Below are positions 10,976 to 22,776 of a stretch of 64,000 bases of DNA, one piece after another. The DNA lies in the NCBI GenBank assembly GCA_000002445.1, contig CM000207.1:704001-768000 (forward strand). Direction: 5' to 3'. Positions within the stretch are counted from its first letter, which is position 1. The number at the start of each line of letters is the position of its first letter. This stretch comes from Trypanosoma brucei. Its lineage: Eukaryota. Under the pieces are notes generated by a model that made no database searches, was not told where the DNA came from, and saw only the letters and a program-made list of their open reading frames with translations. The translations under genes and the position numbers were made by a program.

Positions 10976-11143
10976 TGGTTACTCCAATCGCATACCAACC
11001 AAGGCCTGAATGCCAGGATATCGAGCTTAGGAGCGAATATCGACAAGGCCAGACAGCGTGGCGAACAGCAGGTTGCGTTAAAGGAAGAGGAGTTAAGGGA
11101 TCTGCAGGGGAGACTTGAGAGTTTGATGAGGGATTTGGAGTGA
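10976..11143 (+). pseudogene. orphan 3' fragment (last 55 codons) of the BRAP2-like gene fused behind RPS7
   Basis: The track ORF 10823 to 11143 ends with LLQSHTNQGLNARISSLGANIDKARQRGEQQVALKEEELRDLQGRLESLMRDLE. That is identical to the C-terminus of the 22777 to 24432 gene. The upstream 51 codons have no counterpart in that gene and begin at GTG. Confidence 0.5.
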
Positions 11144-11543
11144 TGGTTTTCGGCGTCGTCTTGTCATCCCATCCCGCCTCCCTTCCGTATCATGCTGCGT
11201 CATTCCCCTTCGCCACTTATCAACACAGTCGTGTGCACTCCTACTGTTCTCACATCAGTCAGTGCAGCTTAGTTACCTCGTTTGGCTTACTTTGACTTAA
11301 GTACCTTTTTTTGTGCTCATTGCGGTTGCTGTATGACTGCCAGCTCTCAGATGTCTGGACTTTCCATTCTCTTTATGTTGACCCTACACACCTGCCCCAC
11401 ACTGCATTTCCCCCCACCGTTCCCTGTTTGCACCTTCCTGCTGTATGGGTGGTGTAAAATACCCATTAGCATTATAGCAGTTGGTGGCTTGTTAATAACT
11501 GAAGTTCGGATTACCGTGGCGAGTAAAGGTTTCCGGTGATATT

Positions 11544-12629
11544 ATGGTCGTCAAACGCCGTGGAAATGGCCGGTTAGGCAAACCTCCGACAGATACTGGA
11601 GTGAGTGAGAACTCTACCGGTGGAACCCCACCCCCGGAGTCTGCTTCTCAACGTGGCGGGGCGAAACAAACTACGGTTGCTTCCGCGATCAAGCAGCCCG
11701 CTTCGATGCCCGACGGCTCGTTGTCGCAGGATCGACGAAAGCGCCGCCGTAGGTTATCGGTGCCAGAGGAGGTGGCCCATGCCGTTGTGGAGGGGGAAGA
11801 AGCTACAGGTGCTGTAAGGGATGAAAGACTACCCGAAAATACTCGAGTTGTTGAACCTCAATTGAATGATCATGATGGTAAAGAGAGATACCCTCTGGGC
11901 GTTGTCCAGTTCCCAGAGGAGCAGCGCCCGTGGAGGAGCGCAAGGCGTAAAGCTGGGGTAGCTGAGGGAGGTAGTGACGAGGTTAACGCCGCACAGCTTC
12001 CTCCGACGGGCAACGCTGTGCCGCAGAAACCAACTAGGCGTTTAGGTAGAGCATCTGCCCCTCCGATACCACCTGTCGGTACTGTTGAACATGATTTGCA
12101 GACAACTGGTGGAACGTGTACGAGTGCTCCTATTGCGGGTGACCGCGCTTCCCGAACGTTTCAGGCGGCGGCGAGCCCCTCCGAAGATATTAAACAAAGG
12201 CCGCATAGAATTCCATTGATAATAGATAAGGGGCGTTTCAGTAAGCAAAAAGTCGAGGCTCCTCCCGGGACCGCAACCGTGGTGCCCATGGACACTGGAG
12301 AAAACCAGGCTGGCGTTTGTGAAGCAAACTCCGCACCACCAACTTCCTGTTCCCACCGTGGCGCCCAGCGCTTGGGGCATGGCCAACCTGCTGATGGCAC
12401 AAGTGGTGCTGTTGATAGTATAGAGGAGGGGCCCGGGCGCGGAATTGAGGAAGCCTCCGTGGACGCGCGACGTAGGAGGTTTATGCAGGTGCCGGTGAGC
12501 AGAATCTCGTTGTATACACGGCTTGCCGAGGGGGGTTTGGATGCTGCCGACCGCCCATTTGTCACATGTGTGGTAAAACATGCCCAATCGTCTGTTTCCG
12601 CATGGGTATCCGGGTTCTTGTCGCCTTGA
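11544..12629 (+). CDS. hypothetical protein (361 aa), Pro/Arg/Ser-rich, copy 1
   Basis: ORF from an ATG, duplicated at 18031 to 19116 with 3 aa differences. Low-complexity basic and proline-rich composition; no motif recognised. Confidence 0.45.
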   Translation: MVVKRRGNGRLGKPPTDTGVSENSTGGTPPPESASQRGGAKQTTVASAIKQPASMPDGSLSQDRRKRRRRLSVPEEVAHAVVEGEEATGAVRDERLPENTRVVEPQLNDHDGKERYPLGVVQFPEEQRPWRSARRKAGVAEGGSDEVNAAQLPPTGNAVPQKPTRRLGRASAPPIPPVGTVEHDLQTTGGTCTSAPIAGDRASRTFQAAASPSEDIKQRPHRIPLIIDKGRFSKQKVEAPPGTATVVPMDTGENQAGVCEANSAPPTSCSHRGAQRLGHGQPADGTSGAVDSIEEGPGRGIEEASVDARRRRFMQVPVSRISLYTRLAEGGLDAADRPFVTCVVKHAQSSVSAWVSGFLSP

Positions 12630-13920
12630 TGTGAGTGATGCTTTTATTTTTTCTTTGGAGGTGTGCGAATTTCTGTTTCTTGAAACAGATACTGACCGAT
12701 GGAGGGTCGTTGTTTTTCTTAGTTGGCTGTGCTGCTGGTGAAAGCACATTGTGAATGGGATAAATGGGTGTGAGGGTTTTCTTTCTAAATTTCTGCTGGC
12801 GGTTTATCCCTCATATTGTTTGCCTGAACTGGAGTGAATACAGTTCTCTTTTTGATACGGCTTCCTTTGCCGGTTGAACGGGGACACGCCTTCTTATTGG
12901 TTCTGTCGTGTACGCTTTTTCAGTGTAGTATTGGAGGGACTAACAGTGTGAGGAGCGGTGCCGAACCCAGTTGAACGCCTGTCATTGTGTGTGATGCCTG
13001 TACAACCGTGTTTCGGTTGCTTTGATTGCTCGATTGGCTGTGCGGCAGCCGTTGTGAAGGTGATGTAATCCCTTCAGTTGATGTGGCTTCTGCAGGTTGT
13101 TTCTTCCGGTGCGCGGGAACGGCAGACATAAGTGGTATATGTTTGGCTAGATACCGGCACTACTCTATAGGTTTACTTTTACTCTACTTTTTTTTTGTGT
13201 GTGTGCTTCCACTCACTTTGGTGTTCTGTTGCTGAGGCGGTGTTGCAACTGTGTCAGTGAACAGTACGCCATCTACGGATAGCACTACCGGCAGTCGGTT
13301 GCCGCTGGCGGTTGCTCATGAGGAGGTTTGTATTTACCTGCCGGTGGGTTGGCTTCTTGATGGGAGGTTAACAGGCGTGGGTGCCTTGTATGGTATCAGA
13401 TATTTCTCTAGGATGAAGGTTATGCACCATTACCATACCGTGGAGTTCGCCGTAATAAGGTGAAGTCATTTGAGCAGTAGTTCCTTTTGCTGTCATCTCT
13501 TGGTATATTATTGCCAAAAATACCTGTGCTATTGCTGCTACGTTGTAACCATGTCCTCTTTTGTGTTCAGTAACGGGGGTAGTGACTGTGACGACATATT
13601 CCGAGGCCGCATCGAGTTGTGTTTGACATTTGCCCTCCGTGTCGTAGCTTATACAACCTTCGTGGGTGGTGGTGCACATGTTTGTGTGCCCTGCAACGTC
13701 GCCGTTCACTACTTCAATTTTTTTGTACCCACTTGCGGATGAAACTTTTAGTCGGTATGTTCCCTTCTGGAATGACAGAGGGGAAGGACTGGTGATGTGC
13801 CGGTCGTCCCTCATTGTTGGTCTTTTCTCTTCTTGAACACGTAAATGCAAGCAGTGTCATAGCTATATTTTGGGGTGAAGAAAGGGCGAGGTTCACCTTC
13901 ATTTGGTTGGATTGCTGGGT

Positions 13921-14535
13921 ATGTCTACATCCCGCATTACGTTGTCGTCACAGCACGATGCACTGATAATTGTGGATATGCAGAATGATTTCGTGCTTCC
14001 CGACGGTGCGCTCTCCGTAACTGGTGCCACTGAGATCATACCGATAATTAATCGCGTTGTCGGAGATCACCAGTTTCGTGCCGTTGTCGCATCGATGGAC
14101 TGGCACCCTCCTGGACACATGTCGTTCCGAAATGAAGATGGGACAGGGGGTCCATGGCCTCCCCATTGCGTACGGTCAACGACTGGTGCCCAACTTCATT
14201 CAGAGATGAAACAAGGAGAGATAACCCACCTTATTCACAAGGCGACATCTCTGGATTCTGAAAGTTACTCCGCCTTCAGCGATGACAGCGGTAAGACAAC
14301 CGGTCTGGCTGCAATGCTGCGCGCCATGGACGTGAGAAGGGTTTTTATGTGTGGCGTAGCTTCCGATTACTGTGTATACTTTACCTCACTACACGCTATC
14401 CAAGAGGAATTTACCGTTGTTGTGTTGGAGGACGCCGTTCGCCCCGTCGACCCTGTTGCCATGGAGAAGAAGCGAGCACACCTGGAAAAGGAGGGCGTAA
14501 TCTTTGCGCGAAGCACAGACCTTTCCAGCTTCTGA
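13921..14535 (+). CDS. nicotinamidase / pyrazinamidase (isochorismatase family), copy 1
   Basis: ALIIVDMQNDFVLPDGALSV...WHPPGHMSF...WPPHCVRSTTGAQLH...VFMCGVASDYCVYFTSLHA carries the Asp, Lys and Cys catalytic-triad context and the metal-binding His/Asp pattern typical of PncA-type nicotinamidases. The track ORF begins at TTG 13903; the first ATG is at 13921. Confidence 0.75.
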   Translation: MSTSRITLSSQHDALIIVDMQNDFVLPDGALSVTGATEIIPIINRVVGDHQFRAVVASMDWHPPGHMSFRNEDGTGGPWPPHCVRSTTGAQLHSEMKQGEITHLIHKATSLDSESYSAFSDDSGKTTGLAAMLRAMDVRRVFMCGVASDYCVYFTSLHAIQEEFTVVVLEDAVRPVDPVAMEKKRAHLEKEGVIFARSTDLSSF

Positions 14536-15808
14536 GTCGGAGGTGGCTTCTTCTAGTGGTTCCTCCAGAAGTGTGGGACCGCGTAGGTGTGCCTAAGTGA
14601 TGAACGACAGGATGGAATGTAATGTGCTAATAATATGGGGCTGGGTGGCGGTGGTGGTGGTGAGCATGTCAAGGCGTACAGTGAGGGCTAGGTATATGCA
14701 ATCACCACCGTTATCATTGATTCTCAAGTGCATATTCCCAATAGGGCCACACATGCGCTCATGTACGGTCTCCTAAGGTGTATGTATGTGTGCGTTAGGT
14801 GTGTATGAAGCGAGCAAAGAAGAGAGGGGGGTCGAAATGGATGGCTCGGCAAACGGGTCTGCCAACTATTTTCTTCCCTCTCCCTTGGTTCTATTGCCTT
14901 GGTCGTTTTGCCATTTGAAAGACCTCTTCTTTGTTTTTTCTTCCATTGCACCGCGCCCGTCCCCGACGCCACCGGGTTCCCATTTTTTTTGTAACTGAAA
15001 AGAGGGACGGTACTGACACTTGGGGCGAATAACGGACACTAAGCGAACCTCACCCCTGAGTCTTCCCCACAAGGTGTTGGTTGCCGCGCAACAGAAGAAA
15101 TGGCGGGGTAGTAAGTGATGTGCGCGCGTACATGCACGATCCTGCGCGGCATCCGAAATTAATGGGCGGCGAGCTTTTGCTTACGGTTGGCCCTTGACAT
15201 GTGCGTTCAAATGGTGATGCCCTTCCATCATTTGCCGCAGTAACTTTTTTCCAGTGCAAACTCACAAGACATGCATTTGGAACATATTGGCGCTGGGGAT
15301 GTCAGGTGCCAACAGGGGTACTCTGTTTAATTGACGGTCAATAGCAGACAGCGTTTGTGTGATCTCCCTTTACCAGGCTGCAGATCCGTAGGGGTTGCCG
15401 AGTGGGAAGCCATCCGTTACGTTCCTGTCCCATTCCTCTCTTCCTCACACATGATGGTCGCAGCCGCCTGTAGGTATAATGTATTACCTATGGGTACAGT
15501 GAGCATTTGTTTGGAATAAAATGCCTTTTGCGACCATACAACAACCTACGCGTAATCGGCTACACTTATGCCTGAGCTGGTCGTGCGTAGGTCGCGTGTC
15601 TTGAAGGATGGTGCCGGGTTGACATGGGCTTCGGACTCTCATGAAGAGTGTCGATTCTTGTGGTATGCGCTGGTGCTATTTATATTGGAGTGATGTCTAC
15701 TGTGTGGAATCACAGCATGATGGCTTTGTGTGACGATTACCCGCCATTGGATTGAAATGTACTGCTTTGAACAGGTTGTGTGGCTGTGCCCACTGTCATT
15801 AATCGTAT

Positions 15809-16040
15809 TTACACGCGGCAGCTGTTCTTCACGGGCCCGAACCCATTCGTGATGCACCTTGTGCTGCTAACCCATGCGAAGGGCCTGGGACTGGATCCTT
15901 GAGGGTTGTACAAATCCCAATTAGGGTTTCGGGAGTCTGTGGCACTTGAATGTGAAAGGGACATCTTCGCTGCGTTGCAGTTGCCGTACGTTGAGCCCAT
16001 TCACCGCCATGCATACTGCCGCGTTCACAACCTGTTTTGA
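15809..16040 (+). pseudogene. detached 3' fragment of the Pol X-like gene (last ~77 codons)
   Basis: Translation TRQLFFTGPNPFVMHLVLLTHAKGLGLDPxGLYKSQLGFRESVALECERDIFAALQLPYVEPIHRHAYCRVHNLF matches the C-terminus of 8597 to 9553. The upstream sequence is unrelated to that gene. Confidence 0.45.
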
Positions 16041-16302
16041 GAGCGCCCGCGCCTTCCTTTTATTTGTTCTCCATGGGATATTGCTGTTCTTTAACTTCCT
16101 AACTGTATGGTTTTCTGTCGCATGTGTCGTCACAGACGCGCATCATTTTTTATACGACTAGATATGCCGCGTTACAGAGACCTATCGATTGCCTGATTAA
16201 GTACTCTTGCAGGTGTTGCTTTGTCTTCTCCGCACTATTACTCATTCCCTTTTTCTTTACTGATTTTTTCTGGTATGAAGGCACTTCTATACACTAAGGG
16301 TG

Positions 16303-16911
16303 ATGTCCGCACAACCGCACCTCCGCAAGCTGCGTAAGCTCAAGCGCGCCAACCCGTCTCAGGAGGAGGAGAGCGTCGCGAGGGTGCTCTTTGAATTGGA
16401 AGGCTCCCACAAGACTCTCCGCGCGCAGTTGCCCCGCTTCCATATAAACACTGTTCGCACGTCGTCGAGTCCCCGTCACAAGAAGACAGCTATGATCATT
16501 TTGTACCCGTTGCGTTTTATCATGCTTGTACGCAAGATTCAGCGAACGCTTACGGCAGAGCTCGAGAAGCGCTTCCCCGGAAACATTGTTGTGCTTGTTG
16601 CGCAGCGCAAGATAACGAAGCGACCGAATGATGTGTACAAGCTTCAGCAGGTGCAACGTTCCCGTACGAGCGTAGCGGTGTTTGAGAATATCTTGAATGA
16701 TCTTATATATCCGTGTGACGTGGTGGGCCGCCGTTGGCGTTACCGTACGGATGGGAGTAAGCTGATGAAAGTGTTCTTGGACGCCCGTGACCGCAAGAGG
16801 GTGGAGTCGAGACTTCCCCTTCTTGCCCACGTCTACAAGTTGTTGACGCACCGAACTGTCACCTTCGGGTTCATGTGGAACCCTAAGTTGCAGCAAGTGT
16901 CCTCCCGGTAG
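16303..16911 (+). CDS. RPS7: 40S ribosomal protein S7 (eS7), copy 2
   Basis: Identical to copy 1 except G25S (EEEGVARV becomes EEESVARV). Confidence 0.85.
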   Translation: MSAQPHLRKLRKLKRANPSQEEESVARVLFELEGSHKTLRAQLPRFHINTVRTSSSPRHKKTAMIILYPLRFIMLVRKIQRTLTAELEKRFPGNIVVLVAQRKITKRPNDVYKLQQVQRSRTSVAVFENILNDLIYPCDVVGRRWRYRTDGSKLMKVFLDARDRKRVESRLPLLAHVYKLLTHRTVTFGFMWNPKLQQVSSR

Positions 16912-17462
16912 ATGAGTTTCGCCCAGCTACTTTGAAGGTGCCATTATCAGTTTTTTGTTTTGATTTATTTTCACTACGCTGCCATCCTCGGTTGTGTAGT
17001 GCTAGAAAATGAAATGACGCATGTCAGTACTGAAACTAGTGTAAGTTACAACCTCGAAGCTGCCTGTGTTTCCATGTTAGTCACCCCTTTGACATTTTCT
17101 TACCTTTTTGCTCATTAGTATTTTATGCTGGTGATAGACGCCCACTTTGGTGGTTCCTATGTGATGCAGCGAGTGAGATGAGGTGGCATGCTATACTTCA
17201 CTTCCGTGAGCTGCGTCACCACAGGTTCACCAACCCCTTCTCCACTGCGTGAGGATCGCGTGGTAAAAGCGTTTTCCGTGTTGGTGTCTTGTAGTAGAGT
17301 CATCCGAATGTGCCTCTCGCGGATAATGTGATTTATGTTTCCCACTGTTGCAGGCGGCTGCGAGTAGTCGGGTGCATCACAGATCAGCTTAGATTTCGCA
17401 CAAGATCTGAGGCCCCGGAAGGTGTTTTCAAGCCTCTTCCTTATCGTCTTGGCGCTACGTTG

Positions 17463-17630
17463 TGGTTACTCCAATCGCATACCAACCAAGGCCTGAATGC
17501 CAGGATATCGAGCTTAGGAGCGAATATCGACAAGGCCAGACAGCGTGGCGAACAGCAGGTTGCGTTAAAGGAAGAGGAGTTAAGGGATCTGCAGGGGAGA
17601 CTTGAGAGTTTGATGAGGGATTTGGAGTGA
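17463..17630 (+). pseudogene. orphan 3' fragment of the BRAP2-like gene, copy 2
   Basis: Identical to 10976 to 11143. Confidence 0.5.
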
Positions 17631-18030
17631 TGTTTTTCGGCGTCGTCTTGTCATCCCATCCCGCCTCCCTTCCGTATCATGCTGCGTCATTCCCCTTCGC
17701 CACTTATCAACACAGTCGTGTGCACTCCTACTGTTCTCACATCAGTCAGTGCAGCTTAGTTACCTCGTTTGGCTTACTTTGACTTAAGTACCTTTTTTTG
17801 TGCTCATTGCGGTTGCTGTATGACTGCCAGCTCTCAGATGTCTGGACTTTCCATTCTCTTTATGTTGACCCTACACACCTGCCCCACACTGCATTTCCCC
17901 CCACCGTTCCCTGTTTGCACCTTCCTGCTGTATGGGTGGTGTAAAATACCCATTAGCATTATAGCAGTTGGTGGCTTGTTAATAACTGAAGTTCGGATTA
18001 CCGTGGCGAGTAAAGGTTTCCGGTGATATT

Positions 18031-19116
18031 ATGGTCGTCAAACGCCGTGGAAATGGCCGGTTAGGCAAACCTCCGACAGATACTGGAGTGAGTGAGAACT
18101 CTACCGGTGGAACCCCACCCCCGGAGTCTGCTTCTCAACGTGGCGGGGCGAAACAAACTACGGTTGCTTCCGCGATCAAGCAGCCCGCTTCGATGCCCGA
18201 CGGCTCGTTGTCGCAGGATCGACGAAAGCGCCGCCGTAGGTTATCGGTGCCAGAGGAGGTGGCCCATGCCGTTGTGGAGGGGGAAGAAGCTACAGGTGCT
18301 GTAAGGGATGAAAGACTACCCGAAAATACTCAAGTTGTTGAACCTCAATTGAATGATCATGATGGTAAAGAGAGATACCCTCTGGGCGTTGTCCAGTTCC
18401 CAGAGGAGCAGCGCCCGTGGAGGAGCGCAAGGCGTAAAGCTGGGGTAGCTGAGGGAGGTAGTGACGAGGTTAACGCCGCACAGCTTCCTCCGACGGGCAA
18501 CGCTGTGCCGCAGAAACCAACTAGGCGTTTAGGTAGAGCATCTGCCCCTCCGATACCACCTGTCAGTACTGTTGAACATGATTTGCAGACAACTGGTGGA
18601 ACGTGTACGAGTGCTCCTATTGCGGGTGACCGCGCTTCCCGAACGTTTCAGGCGGCGGCGAGCCCCTCCGAAGATATTAAACAAAGGCCGCATAGAATTC
18701 CATTGATAATAGATAAGGGGCGTTTCAGTAAGCAAAAAGTCGAGGCTCCTCCCGGGACCGCAACCGTGGTGCCCATGGACACTGGAGAAAACCAGACTGG
18801 CGTTTGTGAAGCAAACTCCGCACCACCAACTTCCTGTTCCCACCGTGGCGCCCAGCGCTTGGGGCATGGCCAACCTGCTGATGGCACAAGTGGTGCTGTT
18901 GATAGTATAGAGGAGGGGCCCGGGCGCGGAATTGAGGAAGCCTCCGTGGACGCGCGACGTAGGAGGTTTATGCAGGTGCCGGTGAGCAGAATCTCGTTGT
19001 ATACACGGCTTGCCGAGGGGGGTTTGGATGCTGCCGACCGCCCATTTGTCACATGTGTGGTAAAACATGCCCAATCGTCTGTTTCCGCCTGGGTATCCGG
19101 GTTCTTGTCGCCTTGA
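18031..19116 (+). CDS. hypothetical protein (361 aa), copy 2
   Basis: Differs from copy 1 at 3 positions (R to Q, G to S, A to T). Confidence 0.45.
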   Translation: MVVKRRGNGRLGKPPTDTGVSENSTGGTPPPESASQRGGAKQTTVASAIKQPASMPDGSLSQDRRKRRRRLSVPEEVAHAVVEGEEATGAVRDERLPENTQVVEPQLNDHDGKERYPLGVVQFPEEQRPWRSARRKAGVAEGGSDEVNAAQLPPTGNAVPQKPTRRLGRASAPPIPPVSTVEHDLQTTGGTCTSAPIAGDRASRTFQAAASPSEDIKQRPHRIPLIIDKGRFSKQKVEAPPGTATVVPMDTGENQTGVCEANSAPPTSCSHRGAQRLGHGQPADGTSGAVDSIEEGPGRGIEEASVDARRRRFMQVPVSRISLYTRLAEGGLDAADRPFVTCVVKHAQSSVSAWVSGFLSP

Positions 19117-20407
19117 TGTGAGTGATGCTTTTATTTTTTCTTTGGAGGTGTGCGAATTTCTGTTTCTTGAAACAGATACTGACCGATGGAGGGTCGTTGT
19201 TTTTCTTAGTTGGCTGTGCTGCTGGTGAAAGCACATTGTGAATGGGATAAATGGGTGTGAGGGTTTTCTTTCTAAATTTCTGCTGGCGGTTTATCCCTCA
19301 TATTGTTTGCCTGAACTGGAGTGAATACAGTTCTCTTTTTGATACGGCTTTCTTTGCCGGTTGAACGGGGACACGCCTTCTTATTGGTTCTGTCGTGTAC
19401 GCTTTTTCAGTGTAGTATTGGAGGGACTAACAGTGTGAGGAGCGGTGCCGAACCCAGTTGAACGCCTGTCATTGTGTGTGATGCCTGTACAACCGTGTTT
19501 CGGTTGCTTTGATTGCTCGATTGGCTGTGCGGCAGCCGTTGTGAAGGTGATGTAATCCCTTCAGTTGATGTGGCTTCTGCAGGTTGTTTCTTCCGGTGCG
19601 CGGGAACGGCAGACATAAGTGGTATATGTTTGGCTAGATACCGGCACTACTCTATAGGTTTACTTTTACTCTACTTTTTTTTTGTGTGTGTGCTTCCACT
19701 CACTTTGGTGTTCTGTTGCTGAGGCGGTGTTGCAACTGTGTCAGTGAACAGTACGCCATCTACGGATAGCACTACCGGCAGTCGGTTGCCGCTGGCGGTT
19801 GCTCATGAGGAGGTTTGTATTTACCTGCCGGTGGGTTGGCTTCTTGATGGGAGGTTAACAGGCGTGGGTGCCTTGTATGGTATCAGATATTTCTCTAGGA
19901 TGAAGGTTATGCACCATTACCATACCGTGGAGTTCGCCGTAATAAGGTGAAGTCATTTGAGCAGTAGTTCCTTTTGCTGTCATCTCTTGGTATATTATTG
20001 CCAAAAATACCTGTGCTATTGCTGCTACGTTGTAACCATGTCCTCTTTTGTGTTCAGTAACGGGGGTAGTGACTGTGACGACATATTCCGAGGCCGCATC
20101 CAGTTGTGTTTGACATTTGCCCTCCGTGTCGTAGCTTATACAACCTTCGTGGGTGGTGGTGCACATGTTTGTGTGCCCTGCAACGTCGCCGTTCACTACT
20201 TCAATTTTTTTGTACCCACTTGCGGATGAAACTTTTAGTCGGTATGTTCCCTTCTGGAATGACAGAGGGGAAGGACTGGTGATGTGCCGGTCGTCCCTCA
20301 TTGTTGGTCTTTTCTCTTCTTGAACACGTAAATGCAAGCAGTGTCATAGCTATATTTTGGGGTGAAGAAAGGGCGAGGTTCACCTTCATTTGGTTGGATT
20401 GCTGGGT

Positions 20408-21022
20408 ATGTCTACATCCCGCATTACGTTGTCGTCACAGCACGATGCACTGATAATTGTGGATATGCAGAATGATTTCGTGCTTCCCGACGGTGCGCTC
20501 TCCGTAACTGGTGCCACTGAGATCATACCGATAATTAATCGCGTTGTCGGAGATCACCAGTTTCGTGCCGTTGTCGCATCGATGGACTGGCACCCTCCTG
20601 GACACATGTCGTTCCGAAATGAAGATGGGACAGGGGGTCCATGGCCTCCCCATTGCGTACGGTCAACGACTGGTGCCCAACTTCATTCAGAGATGAAACA
20701 AGGAGAGATAACCCACCTTATTCACAAGGCGACATCTCTGGATTCTGAAAGTTACTCCGCCTTCAGCGATGACAGCGGTAAGACAACCGGTCTGGCTGCA
20801 ATGCTGCGCGCCATGGACGTGAGAAGGGTTTTTATGTGTGGCGTAGCTTCCGATTACTGTGTATACTTTACCTCACTACACGCTATCCAAGAGGAATTTA
20901 CCGTTGTTGTGTTGGAGGACGCCGTTCGCCCCGTCGACCCTGTTGCCATGGAGAAGAAGCGAGCACACCTGGAAAAGGAGGGCGTAATCTTTGCGCGAAG
21001 CACAGACCTTTCCAGCTTCTGA
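20408..21022 (+). CDS. nicotinamidase (isochorismatase family), copy 2
   Basis: Protein identical to copy 1. Confidence 0.75.
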   Translation: MSTSRITLSSQHDALIIVDMQNDFVLPDGALSVTGATEIIPIINRVVGDHQFRAVVASMDWHPPGHMSFRNEDGTGGPWPPHCVRSTTGAQLHSEMKQGEITHLIHKATSLDSESYSAFSDDSGKTTGLAAMLRAMDVRRVFMCGVASDYCVYFTSLHAIQEEFTVVVLEDAVRPVDPVAMEKKRAHLEKEGVIFARSTDLSSF

Positions 21023-22295
21023 GTCGGAGGTGGCTTCTTCTAGTGGTTCCTCCAGAAGTGTGGGACCGCGTAGGTGTGCCTAAGTGATGAACGACAGGAT
21101 GGAATGTAATGTGCTAATAATATGGGGCTGGGTGGCGGTGGTGGTGGTGAGCATGTCAAGGCGTACAGTGAGGGCTAGGTATATGCAATCGCCACCGTTA
21201 TCATTGATTCTCAAGTGCATATTCCCAATAGGGCCACACATGTGCTCATGTACGGTCTCCTAAGGTGTATGTATGTGTGCGTTAGGTGTGTATGAAGCGA
21301 GCAAAGAAGAGAGGGGGGTCGAAATGGATGGCTCGGCAAACGGGTCTGCCAACTATTTTCTTCCCTCTCCCTTGGTTCTATTGCCTTGGTCGTTTTGCCA
21401 TTTGAAAGACCTCTTCTTTGTTTTTTCTTCCATTGCACCGCACCCGTCCCCGACGCCACCGGGTTCCCATTTTTTTTGTAACTGAAAAGAGGGACGGTAC
21501 TGACACTTGGGGCGAATAACGGACACTAAGCGAACCTCACCCCTGAGTCTTCCCCACAAGGTGTTGGTTGCCGCGCAACAGAAGAAATGGCGGGGTAGTA
21601 AGTGATGTGCGCGCGTACATGCACGATCCTGCGCGGCATCCGAAATTAATGGGCGGCGAGCTTTTGCTTACGGTTGGCCCTTGACATGTGCGTTCAAATG
21701 GTGATGCCCTTCCATCATTTGCCGCAGTAACTTTTTTCCAGTGCAAACTCACAAGACATGCATTTGGAACATATTGGCGCTGGGGATGTCAGGTGCCAAC
21801 AGGGGTACTCTGTTTAATTGACGGTCAATAGCAGACAGCGTTTGTGTGATCTCCCTTTACCAGGCTGCAGATCCGTAGGGGTTGCCGAGTGGGAAGCCAT
21901 CCGTTACGTTCCTGTCCCATTCCTCTCTTCCTCACACATGATGGTCGCAGCCGCCTGTAGGTATAATGTATTACCTATGGGTACAGTGAGCATTTGTTTG
22001 GAATAAAATGCCTTTTGCGACCATACAACAACCTACGCGTAATCGGCTACACTTATGCCTGAGCTGGTCGTGCGTAGGTCGCGTGTCTTGAAGGATGGTG
22101 CCGGGTTGACATGGGCTTCGGACTCTCATGAAGAGTGTCGATTCTTGTGGTATGCGCTGGTGCTATTTATATTGGAGTGATGTCTACTGTGTGGAATCAC
22201 AGCATGATGGCTTTGTGTGACGATTACCCGCCATTGGATTGAAATGTACTGCTTTGAACAGGTTGTGTGGCTGTGCCCACTGTCATTAATCGTAT

Positions 22296-22527
22296 TTACA
22301 CGCGGCAGCTGTTCTTCACGGGCCCGAACCCATTCGTGATGCACCTTGTGCTGCTAACCCATGCGAAGGGCCTGGGACTGGATCCTTGCGGGTTGTACAA
22401 ATCCCAATTAGGGTTTCGGGAGTCTGTGGCACTTGAATGTGAAAGGGACATCTTCGCTGCGTTGCAGTTGCCGTACGTTGAGCCCATTCACCGCCATGCA
22501 TACTGCCGCGTTCACAACCTGTTTTGA
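22296..22527 (+). pseudogene. detached 3' fragment of the Pol X-like gene, copy 3
   Basis: Track ORF 22267 to 22527 (86 aa) reproduces the last ~77 residues of 8597 to 9553. Confidence 0.45.
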
Positions 22528-22749
22528 GAGCGCCCGCGCCTTCCTTTTATTTGTTCTCCATGGGATATTGCTGTTCTTTAACTTCCTAACTGTATGGTTT
22601 TCTGTCGCATGTGTCGTCACAGACGCGCATCATTTTTTATACGACTAGATATGCCGCGTTACAGAGACCTATCGATTGCCTGATTAAGTACTCTTGCAGG
22701 TGTTGCTTTGTCTTCTCCGCACTATTACTCATTCCCTTTTTCTTTACTG
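22296..22749 (+). repeat. partial third copy of the tandem unit (Pol X-like 3' fragment plus downstream UTR and polypyrimidine tract)
   Basis: Matches 9322 to 9775 and 15809 to 16262. Homology ends inside the pyrimidine tract ctttttctttactgatt, after which the BRAP2-like gene body begins. Confidence 0.75.
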
Positions 22750-22776
22750 ATTGGTGTTGATAGTATATTTTTTGAA

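Larger units (their letters stand above)
9322..15808 (+). repeat. tandem segmental duplication, copy 1 (6,487-bp unit: 3' end of Pol X-like gene, RPS7, BRAP2 3' fragment, 361-aa gene, nicotinamidase)
   Basis: Every ORF between 9322 and 15808 recurs at exactly +6487 (for example 9813 and 16300, 13903 and 20390, 15639 and 22126). Translations are identical apart from a handful of single substitutions, and there are no indels. Confidence 0.85.
15809..22295 (+). repeat. tandem segmental duplication, copy 2 (6,487 bp)
   Basis: Collinear with 9322 to 15808 at a constant offset of 6487. Identity is about 99.8% judged from ORF translations. Confidence 0.85.

Noticed and set aside
13903-13920. N-terminal extensions in the ORF track beginning at TTG or GTG (13903, 20390, 22708, 42942, 46441, 9813, 16300, 10823)
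   Set aside because: Eukaryotic nuclear genes initiate at ATG. The CDS starts were moved to the first in-frame ATG (13921, 20408, 22777, 42960, 46459, 9816, 16303).
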